Made by a program: the position numbers and the translations under genes. Positions 38,183-51,419 of a stretch of 64,000 nt of DNA are shown in pieces; positions within the stretch are counted from its first letter, which is position 1, and each line of letters opens with the position of its first letter. This stretch comes from Iphione sp. A-MEVVRFRX5. Its lineage: Eukaryota. The notes under the pieces were generated by a model. The model ran no database searches. It was not told where the DNA came from and saw only the letters and a list, made by a program, of their open reading frames with translations. The stretch lies in the NCBI GenBank assembly GCA_976226885.1, contig OZ320316.1, forward strand, positions 101,928,001-101,992,000. Reading direction: 5' to 3'.

Positions 38183-38420
38183 TGTTCGCCCCGAACGAAG
38201 AGACATGACAACTAGGTTACTTTTGAAGGTTTATTCTCGAAGAATATAAGGTGAATGACGACAGGACTCCGCCCGGTTCTAATTTATACACATAACGTAA
38301 CTCCGGACGGAGCCCCCCACGATACCGGACATAACTCCGGCAACACAACACTCCCTAGCGGAGTAACCCCGGGCGGAGCCCAACACTCCCTAGCGGAGTA
38401 ACCCCGGGCGGAGCCCAACA
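38183..38420 (-). repeat. 5' LTR (238 bp)
   Basis: Direct repeat of 29241-29478, followed by PBS and gag on the - strand. Confidence 0.97.
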
Positions 38421-38577
38421 ATATATTAATCTATCAATTTTTTTGGAAAAAAATACCTTAAACATTATGAAAACCATACGTCAAAAAACAAAGGTCTCTC
38501 TGTCTGTCTGTCTGCCTATTTCTCTCTATTCTTCTCTCTTACTCTCTCTTCCCCCTCTCTCTCCCTGGTTCTCTTTC

Positions 38578-38619
<42 letters not shown>

Positions 38620-38859
38620 ATACAGGCCTCACAACTGCAAACAGTCTTGGTTAGAGTTTAAGTGCTCCCAGTCCCGGCCGGCATCATGTATGGTCCAAAT
38701 ATAATGCCGATGCAGCCATAGGTCTACCCAATTTAAAGCTGTTTCCTTTCTTGGGTGTTTTAATCCAAAAGGGCCCACTTTAATTCCACGAGTAATATAA
38801 AGCATATTGAGAAAGAGAGGAATGGAATTTTGCAATAAATAAATGCCTGTAGATATGTA

Positions 38860-39035
38860 TACTGTCACCTCCCTATTAGGGCCATTCTCGCTTTCAACCT
38901 CAAATGGTCGCATCAGGGAGTGGTCTTACTTGAGAGAGGTGTGTATGTACATGAATGTTGTTCTGTTCCTTACAGATGATCTTATTTCGGTGGTGGTCTT
39001 ACTAGAGAAGTGGTCGCAATCTGATGGGACACTGT
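38860..39035. mobile_element. Degenerate short DNA-transposon derivative (GTGGTC subterminal repeats, Tc1/pogo-like MITE)
   Basis: Repeated gtggtctta / gtggtcgca motifs ending ...gggacactgta|ta. Related GAGACCA-rich remnants occur near 46790-46930 and 52790-52910. Confidence 0.35.
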
Positions 39036-39759
39036 ATATGTACATAAGATTACTTCGGTTTTGCCCCAGTTCTATGAAGATATCAGATAATACGGCTGGT
39101 TGCTATTTTGTTTTCTCGCTTAGTTACGAAAATAACCTCAAAATTGACATAATGAACCCTGAGTATGAATATCCAATGACTGGAGCTATGCATGCAAACG
39201 CTCTTCCAGGTATAGGGGAAAATCTAACCTAAGCCGAGATCTAACAGAAAGGAAAGTATGTGTAAGATAAACACGCTAATAAAGTGCCATTACAGTCCTC
39301 TGGACAGGTATGATTCAAAAATAAGCAGTGCCCATGTACAATAAATTGTTGATTTTAAGTAGGCGCAGCTACATAAAAGACAGAGGACACAGAATCACTA
39401 ACTTGTCTTTTTATTGCGCACTTGGTTTTGACGCCTGCGGAAATCACCAGTGAATATCAGATTATCCTCTAGGAGGCGCCACTGAGCGCCACCACCTGGC
39501 GTCATTTTCCAGCACTTCGGTCGTCCTCCTCCAGTAAATGTGCACGTGACTGAACGTTACAGACAGCGCTAATTGGTTTGGATTATTTCGGGGAATCGTT
39601 TCATCCCTGGCTAGCGTAAAACCACCGGCTATTTTCTCTCGGATAATTTTCCCTGGAAACATTTTCGCGATTTCCTTAACTTCGCTTGGAACCTGTTTTA
39701 CTTTCAAATCACCTTTGCCTGGGCCCGAAGTTCTTGGTCTGAATTTGTCTCTGTCTGTC

Positions 39760-39913
39760 NNNNNNNNNNNNNNNNNNNNNNNNNNNNNNNNNNNNNNNNN
39801 NNNNNNNNNNNNNNNNNNNNNNNNNNNNNNNNNNNNNNNNNNNNNNNNNNNNNNNNNNNNNNNNNNNNNNNNNNNNNNNNNNNNNNNNNNNNNNNNNNNN
39901 NNNNNNNNNNNNN
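39760..39913. other. Assembly gap (154 N)
   Basis: Run of N. Confidence 1.
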
Positions 39914-42152
39914 ATTAAGAACTAAAAAAAATAGCACGAAACAAGGAACCCTTTCACACAAAATATATTATGATTTATATCATGTACGCACAACCAAGAA
40001 CATTATACACTTTACAACATATATGGGCGGAGAATAACAGTAAAAAAAGGGTGCGTTACGAACAGCTGAGGATCCGCGAAGCCATAGAGGGGAGCGGGTT
40101 CGCAACGTGTCAATACGCTGATTGTAGTACATGCACATTGAGCAGAGGTTTAGGAAAGGAATTTCTCCTCAGTTTTTAATCTAAATATATGAACTGCAAC
40201 CTATTCCCACACACCCCTGTCGGATGTCCCGCTTGACTCTAGAGCGTAATAACGTTGTGAAGTGCATACTACAAATGTATTTTTATGTGTTGATACAGAA
40301 TACAAATTCCAAATTATAAATACTCGTCTTAATTAGTAGATGCGGCATAAAGGTATACCTTTCAACATTAAGAAAATTCATCTCTTCCTGCTAACGCTAA
40401 TGCTTGAATCTATACTAACATACTTATATGTAAAAAGAGATGTAATCAAAGGGTGTTAAAATTCATTACACTAGTGATGTCGGTCGAGGCTTCCTTTATT
40501 GCAGGGAAGATAGTACAACCAGAGCATAAGCAAAATGCATATTAAGTAGGCATCTGCTGAAATACAACTACCAGTTAGGATAATGGGTGCTAAATACCAA
40601 TTGGCAAATATATACATTAAACCCATAGGTCACCAACTAACCTTCAGAGGTCATATTCTAATCTCTCTTTGACCCTATTTTTCACCTTAAGTTAATATGT
40701 ACGCAGTCACTTTCAAATGTATACAGTTAATCATTCGGATTACTGCCGAGTTGAAGGCTCTAATCCATACCACCTGCACTACACATTATTTTTACAAATA
40801 CATATGCTGTTACCACAATGAAGGAGAGAACAAAAACATTCTTTGCGCACAATGCTTCTCTAATATCCAATTAAAAGCCGTACTTTAATCCTACAGTGTC
40901 TATTTATTCTAAAATAGCATAACTGTGTAACAATTGCTTTCACAGTATAATTATAGCTATGTCATTATACACACATATAAGGTCATTTGCATCAGTAGGA
41001 CATAATCAAAATATAAACAGGATTAACTGAATATAAGAATGTTATAAAAGAAGAAGGACATAAAATAGATACGGATGGAATCATTCAGGCTAAAATTCAA
41101 GACATCCAGTATACTAAATATCTTTTCGGAACGAGTGGAGTCTGATATAAAAAATTATTATAATTCGTTAACTGAATATCGTAATGTCAAGTGATTTGAC
41201 ATAAAATTCTTCTCATTTAAAGCATATTGAGAAACGGAGATATAAGTGAATATTTTACAGTTTTGTATAAATTGTAATATTTAAAAGGTTTATATTAATC
41301 GGGAAAATGCAAACCAAAACACATAGCTTCGTTTTTCTAGGGACATTTTGATGGTAATTTTCCGTTACGCGTACATGAAGATTTTATTTACTTTAATGGG
41401 CATCTCACGTAAGGAGAAGTGACGAAATCAACCCGGAAGGGGTGCCAAAGGGTCCCAGGAGGCTGACATTCTATCCCTTACTCAATATGGCGAATTTCAT
41501 CGTGGGGCGACTAGCGCCTCAACCAAAAGCAATCACCTTATCTTTTCTTGGGGGTGGGGGATGGCAGGGGGGAGGGAGAGGGTGCTGGGACTATTTTCGT
41601 CAAGAGATTTCAAACGGGAATGTTAGGATAGAAGCGACAGTTCAATATGGCTGGTCGCCTCAAGGTGTTAAAGTCGAAGCAACCTTTATTAACCCTTTTT
41701 TTAAATGGAGAGTAACAGGAATTCCCTAAACGGTTGACAACTTTGGTACCATCGAGCTTCCTGCTTTGGTGGTCAGTTCGCTGATTGAAAATCGCTTTTT
41801 CACGCTTATATTTAATTAGTATTTTGTTCTGTTCATCAGAGTTAATATAAATTAATAGCTTTAAAATTCTTGGCAATCACCGGGGGCTTTTTATCGGCTA
41901 ATGGCATTTTCAATGAGCAGAGGTCGTCAGCAAAGGACAATTAACGTGATAAAAATGTTTGATCTAAGATTGGTACTCCGACCATGTTCTGTCTCACCAG
42001 TGATTGGGAATTACCAGCAAAGCACACCCTGTGCTCCAACCAATTTCCTGCCCTCCCCCCCACCCCTCATGCATCAAGAAAGTATTTGCTAGTTCAGTGC
42101 GTTTCACTCTTCCCGTTTTCCCTTATTGCATATATCATTGAATCATATGTAT

Positions 42153-42500
42153 CAGACCAAAAAAGATGTATCTCTGGTTACCCACCCCTACCTAGTAAAA
42201 CCTCACTCTACCTAGCTAAATTTTTTTTGGTCCCAAAGAGTTTCCAAGACTGAATTTTATTAGATACATGTACATGTACACACCTGTTTTTGGTAAATTC
42301 AGTAGAAAAACGACAAAATCCATGGAAATTCAGTAAAGAAAATCTGTAAAACTCATGCAAATTTGTCAAAATTATTCATATTGTCTTTTTCTTATTGGTT
42401 ATAATCATTAAGGGGAGGCACAGGAGGGTGTGTTATATCATGGAAATATTCGTATTCCACTTTAAAAAAGTAGGGCCACAACTCTTTTCAATGCACACTA
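42153..42500. mobile_element. MITE-like element, copy 3 (right end eroded)
   Basis: gaccaaaaaagatgtatctctggttacccacccctacctagtaaaa...ccaaagagtttccaagactgaattt aligns with 63798-64000. Confidence 0.65.
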
Positions 42501-45500
42501 TTTACGAAATAGTGTCTTTTTAACATATCAGTTCCAAATGTGTGACTAGATAAAATAAGTAGTGTCTCTTAAATCACACCACCATGAGACAATGGCTCTT
42601 ATGAGCAGGACCTATTTTCAGGCAACATTTGATAAAGGTAGTAAAACAAGTAAATCCAGTAGTGGTTTGGAGACGTTTAATTCGGAGGGATATTTCAAGA
42701 TAGTCTACCACCCACTGCAAAACAAAAAAAACATAAAGATACATCCAACTCGCATAAATGTTAAACAAAATACCTAAAAACAATTCCAGTTAAAAAATAC
42801 GCAAAGCTGACGGGAATTTACTGAATAAATGTCTCACTTTATTATGTCGATTGATACATAAGATAGATACTGACATGGACGGGTTGGGAACCCTTCTCGT
42901 CCTCTCACATTCCACCTTGTCATCACCACACAATAGCAGATATTCAGCATACGTAAGTCCAGTGTAAGCAGGAAGATGGCAAAATATTAAATTGTGACGG
43001 TAAATACATATAAGACACTCTCACATGCCAAATATTTTACATGTCCACTTCAGTGACTGGATGACAGTATGCATTTTCGTATACCGCTCGCACTTCAAGT
43101 TCTTGTCTTCAACTCACAAGTAAGCCAGCCTAACGTGCTACGGGGGGGGGGGGTGATGTCTGGTCGAACTTCCCGAAGCCGCCACTGACCAGAGGCGAAG
43201 CTTGAGTGCTAACTGCTGTATGTAGTGCGGCGTAGAGGGAACAGGGTGGTGAGGCGGTTCAAAGGTCAAGGGAGACGCATCACTGAATGCCTCCCCGATG
43301 TACCCATCCGCTCCTGACCTTGGCACTAAGGAGCATGTCTAGAGGGTAAAATCTATGTGCCGGTCAGGACATTCATCGAACGGGCAGAGGAAAGATGGAA
43401 AAGAAATGAAAGCAAAGGTCACTTTTGCAGTCAATACCGATGTATGTACGTCACCCCACCCCCCACCCCGACCACCATACCCGTCGTGCTTACGGCCAAT
43501 AACTTTCAAGGATAAAATGATAATGTGATTAGCACTCATATTAAACTACATAGGAGTTGACAACATAAGTGCGTTGTAATTAATGAAGAGTCTTGCAACC
43601 AGTCCCAAACGTAGTCTGTATATTTGCAACACGGGGTTTACATTAATCATAGAATGATGGCCAGGTGACCAGCTCAGTAATGACCTATTAAGATCTCAGC
43701 ATGGAAATTAATAAATACATGTACATTGGTTCTGGCCAAAGACTGCTTAGAATGTTTCTTAAACAACGTCGTATAGATACAGATTAACAACGCCACCACC
43801 AAATAGAGCATAGCAGCCCTAATATAATGTCCGACTTTCAGAACAGGGGATCTCAATGTGCGAAAGATATGAATAATACCAACCTCTTTCTTATCACTAT
43901 CAAAATAAGTGGCCTGATGATGCTAAAGATATGAATGATACAATCTTATTTGGTAACTCTGTCAGCACAGGTGGCCTGCTTATGCCACAGATACGATCTC
44001 TTTACGTAGGCGCTAACAGCATCTTTTTTCATACTGAAATAATCAACAAGGAGATTTGAGCAAAGTTTCATCATAAAATAAAGCCTAGAAAAAATAACCT
44101 AATAACATATGGAGGGAGCAAGAGACAGGGAGACGAAAACATTTGCGAAAGAAATACACAGAATGTTAGAGGAAGAATGTGAGAGGAACAACAGGAAGAG
44201 AGATACAGAGTGACAGAGAGACAGTGAGAGAGACAGAGATATGCGGTGAGAGCGAGAGTCTGACAGACAGACAGACAGACAGACAGATAGACAGATGAAG
44301 AGAAACGTAGTGGGAAACCGAATATGTCAGACAGATGGAGACTGTTAGTGAGATAGTAAAGGCAGCAAAAAGGGAAGATAGAGACTCGAGACAAGTGTGC
44401 ATTACATAAACATCCGAAGGACGTTGAAAACAAACAATCAACTTTCCACAGTGTTTATTGGAAATATTACTCATTGACCTTTTCATCACCTTACGGCCCC
44501 TTTTCTGAACGAATCTTCTTTTGTGGTTGTGGGGCAATCATAGTTAGGCGGACATGCAAGCGAGAATCTCCAAAATGTTGTTATGACAATACGCCAAAGT
44601 CGTCAGGTCAAACTGACGGGCCGTCAAGACGAGGCCCGAAATCTGTACTACAACCACGATTGCAACTGTCACGCCGTCGGTCACTATTGACAGCACATGT
44701 TTATCCAGATTTCTCCATCATCGCAATTGCAGAGGATAACGTCACTCTAGTAGCAATCATCAACTGCTGTGCCGATGGAATTTACCGTTCTATTTCGTGA
44801 TAATTTATTAAGCTCGTCATTTTGACGTATGGCTCTTCATAGTGTCTGTTAGGCTAGAAAGGTTAAAGTATAATAAATATTTGACAGTTGGCACTACACG
44901 CAAACAATTCTGCCTTCTGGGTAAACAAGGTCATTTCAAGGTAGCCATCTAGTGAGAAACGGGATTCCCAGGGAGCGAGAATTCATATCACACTGACGTC
45001 CTCACATAGAGTACTCATAAAGAAGAACATTACCCTGAAATACAATTAAACATGATCCGCCAAGAACGTTTAAGATCATTCGAAATGGAAATTACGTACG
45101 AGGGCGGAAAAAAGGAGGAAAGAGACGATTACTCTTAATCTCCTGTACCAATGAGGAATCCCTCCTGGCGGAAGTGGTGTTATCTTAGCTACCAGCACAG
45201 TCAACAATTTCCCGCCAGTCGCATTTGGAAGTCCGAATGTCGTCTGCTTACTATTCCATATGTCTGACGTCTATGACATTCCCTGGCGCCCCCTTGGGAG
45301 ACGCTGAGCCAAGCGGATAAGGCGAAGAACGCATGCGCTCTAGGCTTCCATGTTCCTCCTCTTCAACAATCGATGGATCATGCGCAAGCGCATTAGAATT
45401 ATTTCAATATTTAGGCGCAGGGAACGGTACGGAGAATTACGATTACACTTCGGGGAAATCAAAGCAATACTAGGAGGGAATGATAGAAAAGGAAATGATT

Positions 45501-48500
45501 ACACAGCCATTCCTATTTACGCCATTTTTCTTTCCTGGATGGCAGGCTCCTCTCTTTAACATTCGATGTAGCCTAGAACAGTGTTTAACAAAAACAAAGC
45601 AGATTGTACACTTCATTATTTACATTATCAGCATTTCATTATATGTTGAAGCTGGAATAGGACCTCTTTACCGGTATGTGTTTGCCGTGCTATACCCTGT
45701 ACTCCTTTCATATACATATACGATATACGTGTTCATAAAATAATATTTTATATATCGGTGCGATCTAATGAAATGGTAACGGCACAATCGAGCAATGAAG
45801 TAGAGTCTTTTGTGATGAGAGTGAATTATCATGGAAACAGAGGGTTAACTTAGGGAGTATAGACTCAGTGACAGCATCCTTATCGATGGTAAGAGACAGG
45901 GAGCTAAATTTGCCCGCCACGCACCCTCAGTAGCCAAGTAGAAAGTATTTGAAGTCCTTCTGTTCAGATAGCGCCCTCCTCTGGGCAGTGTCAGTTTGCC
46001 GTCTAGCAATTAATTGATGTTTTAAAAATATAAATTATAATTGTTTTTTCTTTACCTCCGTACTTGCTCATTTCTGCCACTGACCTCTAACACGTGCTTC
46101 ATCCATTCAGCCAACAACTATCCATACAAATAAGGACAAATTTACCAGTTGCAATTAACTAGGCCGACCGAAAAAGGACAGAGGCGCTGGCACCCCTTCA
46201 TTTGCATTTTAATTCATTTTCTGTGAATTCTTGAAAGCATAGTCAACATGTTAAAGACTCATCTCGGCAGAGAATTTGTCCTTCAGGTAAAATTTCCCGT
46301 CAGCGAAAAACCGCTAGTTTGTCGTCACATTCATTCACAAAATTGCTGACATTCGCAAAATTGTTGATCAGAACGTCTTCATTGTCTCTTTGATTGATCC
46401 CTTGATGATGGGACAAAAACACACCATGCAGTCTCCGCGGTCCACCCTAACCACCACCCCAAAAGTCCCAATTTCCCAATGTCTCTCTTGCCCTGGACGT
46501 TGTCCATCATGCCAGCCGGAGTATTTCTAAGGGCTTGAAGTGGGCGTGGCTAGGTAGGGAGAATTAGGTCAGATCTACAGATGACAATACGATACGTGCT
46601 TACCAAGGGCGGGAAGGAAATATATAGTCAACAGATGATATGAAAGGACCAGCAGGCCTCGGCCAACATGGCTGCTCACGAATTTCTCCTTAATTTACAT
46701 TGGTATGTAGCAAGCCTCCCCCGACTTCTGTGAGTACCTCAATGCAACCCCTTGTGAGTATAGTAGAGACTCAGTAAAAGACCATCTCGCAGGGAAGACC
46801 ACACCGAGGGAGAGACCAAGTTCAGCCAGAAGGAAAAAAACAATCTTGGAAGACAAGTGCTTCACAGGGGATACTAGCTCTCAGGAGAGACCAAAATCAG
46901 TCAGTCCCAAGCTTGGTCTCCTAAGTAAGGCTCTACTGTACTTCTCTCTGTTTAGAGAGGAGAAACCATGTCCCATCCTGAAACTGGAGCGTCACCAGTT
47001 CCGTGAAAAGCCACCCCAGAGAGATATAGGGACATAGGCTGTAGTGTGGACGCTTTGAAGAGGAACAGAATGTGTTTGTTGTGTATGGAAAGACCAGTTT
47101 AGGAAAGCGCCTGGGATGTCCTCATTAGAAGCTTTCCATCCCGCTTCTTAGGATGGTCTAAATACCCTTCTAATAGAGGAACTATAAGCATACATGTACC
47201 TTATTGTCCCGGCTAGTGCGGAGGCCACCTTTTTAATATTAATCCATCCACACATTGTGTGTCAGTCTCGCCACATATATCAATATGGCTTTATTACTGC
47301 TGAACCTTTGAGCACTTTTGGAATCTTCCTTTTTGTCAATGTCAACGAGTATCTTAAAAATCATTTGATGTGTTACATGACTTGGCAGTAAGGGAAAACC
47401 GGTCATTTTTCTTATTTGAATATAAAAGCAAGTGTACTTTGTTTCATACAGAATACAAGTGCTGCACGATAAACACTTTCAGTGACCTAGTGTTAATTGT
47501 AGTAGGCCATTCTGCATAGACCGACACTCTAGACATCAGAACTAGTGAATGCTTTCCGTAAAACGCATTGTTTTTTTTTCAAATGTACTGAAAATTTTTA
47601 AACATGCTAATCTATATATTTCTTATGCACAAGTTAGATCTTATTATCTCAGGTAAAATGTGTGTAAAACTAAAGACTTTCGTTAGTTTATATGCTGTGC
47701 ACGTACATGACTTGCACGTTTCTTCGACGGATTGAATTCGGTTCACGTGTCTTTTCACGTCTCGTCCAAGTGAAAGCCACATCATTACAACCTTGACAAC
47801 TTGTGAAAACGGGCCTTTCGATATGTTTGAAGGCGAAGCTGAAATATTCGGGGAAATTCTCGAAGAGACGGAAACTGTACCCAATTCAGGGGGCTGGATA
47901 GCCTCCCCTGCCGATACCCGGCGGAGGGGTCCTGGTCATCAAAGGCTATTGAGCGCCGGTCTTTGGCAACCAGCGAAGGTGGGCGATAAAAGAGGCATAT
48001 TTAAGGAGTCCTTTGAGGTCGCCTAGCGGCGGTGGGCTTGGTCATGCGCCAACTCCAGCTTCTGTCCTGCGAGGGGGGGGGGCGTAATGTTGGGTGAGGG
48101 TCTGTGTGAGTGAAAATGTTTACTTAAATGTGCGCATTTGTAAGTGCGTTTGTGCGTGCGTGTCTGTTTAAGTGCCGGTGTGAATGGTAGTGTATATGTC
48201 TGAGCTGGATGCATATTCTTGTAAGGTAACATTAGTACTCACCTGTAGGCCTATGTTTGGACGTGTTTGAACGTCTGTGTGTATATATGTGTGTGCAAGT
48301 GGTACGATAATTTGTGCTATGTTTCAGTTGCGTGAGGCCATGGGAAGTCGGGTGGATATTTTTGATAATCTTTTTGCTTCGCGGCCAGGCATGAGGACGG
48401 GGAAGCGGAAAACGCTATGGGTGAGGATTGCCAGCGCCCTCTTCAGGGCGTCATCACGCCACACTCGGAGGCGCTCCCTAACGTCAGGCATTAAGAGTTA

Positions 48501-49709
48501 CTCATGCTACAAAGCTAAACATGACATTTCAAAGATAGACAGTGCTTCGTGGCTTCTGATATTTTTTTAATAACCCTGAAATAACAGCCTCTGTGATAGT
48601 AGGAAAATACAACATGGAGGAGGAGAAATACAATTGACGAGCACCGCTGAAGTTTGTCAGCTATGAGTTGGATGTGGAAGGGACAACTCCTTCTTAATAT
48701 ATCATGAGTTTGACTCTCGCAATAAACTTCTTATAGTATTGATTCAGTTAAGAGACTAGGACTTGTTCCACCTCCCTTAACTCTTCCTTGCCCATGACGA
48801 TAGTACAGCACACCCCGAGACCTAGTATACACTATATCGCGATCCTAGTCTAGTGACTAATAGAATACAGTCCAATTAGGGAATAAAGAACCTCCAGTTG
48901 AAATATCTGGTTCACTCCATATGCAAAAGTCTGCTGGGTGTCTCTCTCAGAGTGCAGGGAGAGAGTGTCTGTTTATTCAAGAAAACATTAGCCTTTATAT
49001 AAAATGACAGGTGCATAACAATGTCTATTCGGAGTTACAAATTAAATAAAGTTTGTTGTTTTTCCAATTCACAGTTCCATTCCAGAACATACCGGAAGAG
49101 ATTATTTGAGTACTGGAGTATCAGGACTTATTCCATTATCTTTGTTTACATACGATGCAATTTTATTTCAGCTGTCATCAGGGTTATGCACTTCATTCCC
49201 AATGGGGCGGGTCCTGTCTGTGCAATATGTGGTAACTCCAGATGGATGTAAGTTGAATAAAGACTGACACTGGTTTCCAACAACAAGATGGCGTTTAATG
49301 AGTATTTTGCGTTACAACTTGATACGAGTTTTCGACCCTCTCATGGGCCTTCTTGAGACAGTTGTTTTTTCCAGAAGGATACGCTCTGGTTCATGGAGAT
49401 CTAATATTTTTGATAATGTTTGTGAGATTTGTAAGCAAAATGGCTTCAGGGGGCTTTTCCCTTTCAGTGTTGCATGCTATAGCGAAGTAACCAATCTTTG
49501 TGTATGTGCATCCACCATGGTATGTTTTCTCATTATTAGAAAGGGAGGCTTCTTTAATTAGAAAGCTCTCCTCCTATACATGATGGTAGCACCCCACAGT
49601 AGGCATGTACGATTGGCTTGAGAGGGGGATAATTCTCATATTCTCTATAGTTTTTGGGTGATATTGACAATGGGGGAGAGAGGGCATGTTATTCTCATAA
49701 TGATATTAC

Positions 49710-49741
49710 CTGAAGAAGTCCTTGCGAGAGGACGAAACATT
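49710..49741 (+). ncRNA. Hammerhead-ribozyme-like core (probably degenerate; Penelope-like element remnant)
   Basis: CTGAAGA-A-GTCC(TTGCGAGA)GGAC-GAAAC. Stem II is perfect, but no convincing stem I was found. Confidence 0.45.
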
Positions 49742-51419
49742 CACTCATTTCTTGCAACCTCCAAAGTCCCAAAAGCTTGGTACTTACAGTGGTTGGGTGT
49801 TCTTTGTCCTTCATAGTTATAAAAATTATAATAAGATATATATATATATTGGTTCATGTTATATAAGTTTGAGGGTGTACTGGTTCTGTGTCCACACCCA
49901 CTGTCAAGTATAAATGACTAGTGAATACAAATGTACCAGATAAAAAGTATGTATATATGTAGTGTTGAAGAAAGCCCTCTCTTCATGTTTCTAATCCATA
50001 GACACAACGTCTAAAGGCAAGATAAATGAAAGCAAGGGTCAGAAAAAAATGAATTACATGGACCCAGTTTCATATTAGGGTGTACCGACCTTCATATCAT
50101 ACATCACCTACTGTGGCACAAAGCGGACACCACAGTGTGCGGTTCGATAACAGCCTTTTATTCTTCTTCAGCAAATAGTACAGCAAGTCAGCATTAGGAA
50201 GGCGAGTCCAATGACAGCATTAGTTCAACTCTCTTATATACTTAACTTTACCAAAGTGAATACATGGTCAAACCTCGTAGACCAGACATGGTCATTAATT
50301 ACATGTCAACTATACAGTGGGTTGTTATGTCTTAGGTATCATGATATCACAAGCTCCCCATGACTTCTCAGCATCCATCTTTGTTATTTATCCATTATCC
50401 AGCACATAGCCTACACCTGGAAATGACAAAATGAAAAGTTTGTTGGTCGATAAGGAACCGAGGTAACTAAGGGACTATTTGTCGATGATATTTGAAGCAT
50501 TTCCAGAGAGTTCCTGGCGAGAGATGGTATATAGTTTTACAGTATCTGTGTGGGTATGAGATCAACACAATGTGCTTGTAGTTATTGCCTGTTCGCCCGT
50601 AAATGATGATGTCCCCCGGGAGCTACCCTCCTCACAATGGGCATGTCTCTATGAGTAAGATTTGCTGATACATTTACAGTGGAACTCCTAAGTATGCACC
50701 TTTGGTCCCTAATATGGACAAATCCTTTTGCAAAGTAACAGAATAGGCACCTATACACAAAATGTACTCTGTTGTTTTCCTCGATCATGTACAAATATCA
50801 TATGATCTAAGGGAGCCAGTGAGCCACTGTGTCCACACAACACTAATTACTTACAAAATAGAATAAATTAAATAGCACGGCGTGCATCCTTAAGGATATA
50901 CTATCCAGGACGGTGTATATCCTTAAGGACACAGGTATAAAGCATGTTACACAGAAAATACACGCGAATTACATGCATAATATTCATAATGGGAACGGCT
51001 CCTATTATAACATGTTGTCATGTACAGGGTGGCGTGTATCCTTAGGGATACCTGTATAAAACACATTAAACACAAAATACACACAAAATACACTTATAAT
51101 ACATGTATACACATGGAATACATGTATTTAAAACATGGCTGTCATCTTTAATTCTCCATTCACCTTTATTGCAAAGTGTGGTAATATCTTACAAATTGAA
51201 CTCACGCCTGCGAATGATTATAGATTATAGATAATTTTACAGAGGGCACGGTTATATTAACACCCTGAAACGAGACAGTGAACAAGTGAATACAGACAAA
51301 GTATCTAGTTCTGAAGGAACAACAATTAACATCTCCACACACATTCTCTACACAGATCATAACAAGACAATGATAATTTCAAGAAAGCAACCTAGGAAAC
51401 CTTTGAATTAACATCATTA

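Larger units (their letters stand above)
29241..38420 (-). mobile_element. Full-length Ty3/Gypsy LTR retrotransposon (gag, pol PR-RT-RH-IN, extra zinc-finger ORF)
   Basis: Two 238-bp LTRs (TGTT...AACA) with 7 mismatches. 4-bp TSD ATAT at 29237-29240 and 38421-38424. PBS and PPT present; Gypsy domain order. Confidence 0.98.

Noticed and set aside
29532-38215. Numerous + strand and off-frame ORFs inside the retrotransposon (e.g. 420 aa at 29532, 295 aa at 30238)
   Set aside because: Shadows of GC-rich coding sequence and of the 75-bp repeat; no domains or credible starts.
39462-39759. About 100-codon open frame running into the N gap
   Set aside because: No recognisable motif or splice signals, and it is truncated by the gap.
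47850-48010. - strand ICLFYRPP resembling a LINE APE endonuclease motif
   Set aside because: The expected downstream GDFN and other APE motifs are absent.
50560-50640. - strand DIIIYGRT resembling an RT YxDD region
   Set aside because: Lacks YxDD (reads LPGD) and has no flanking RT motifs.
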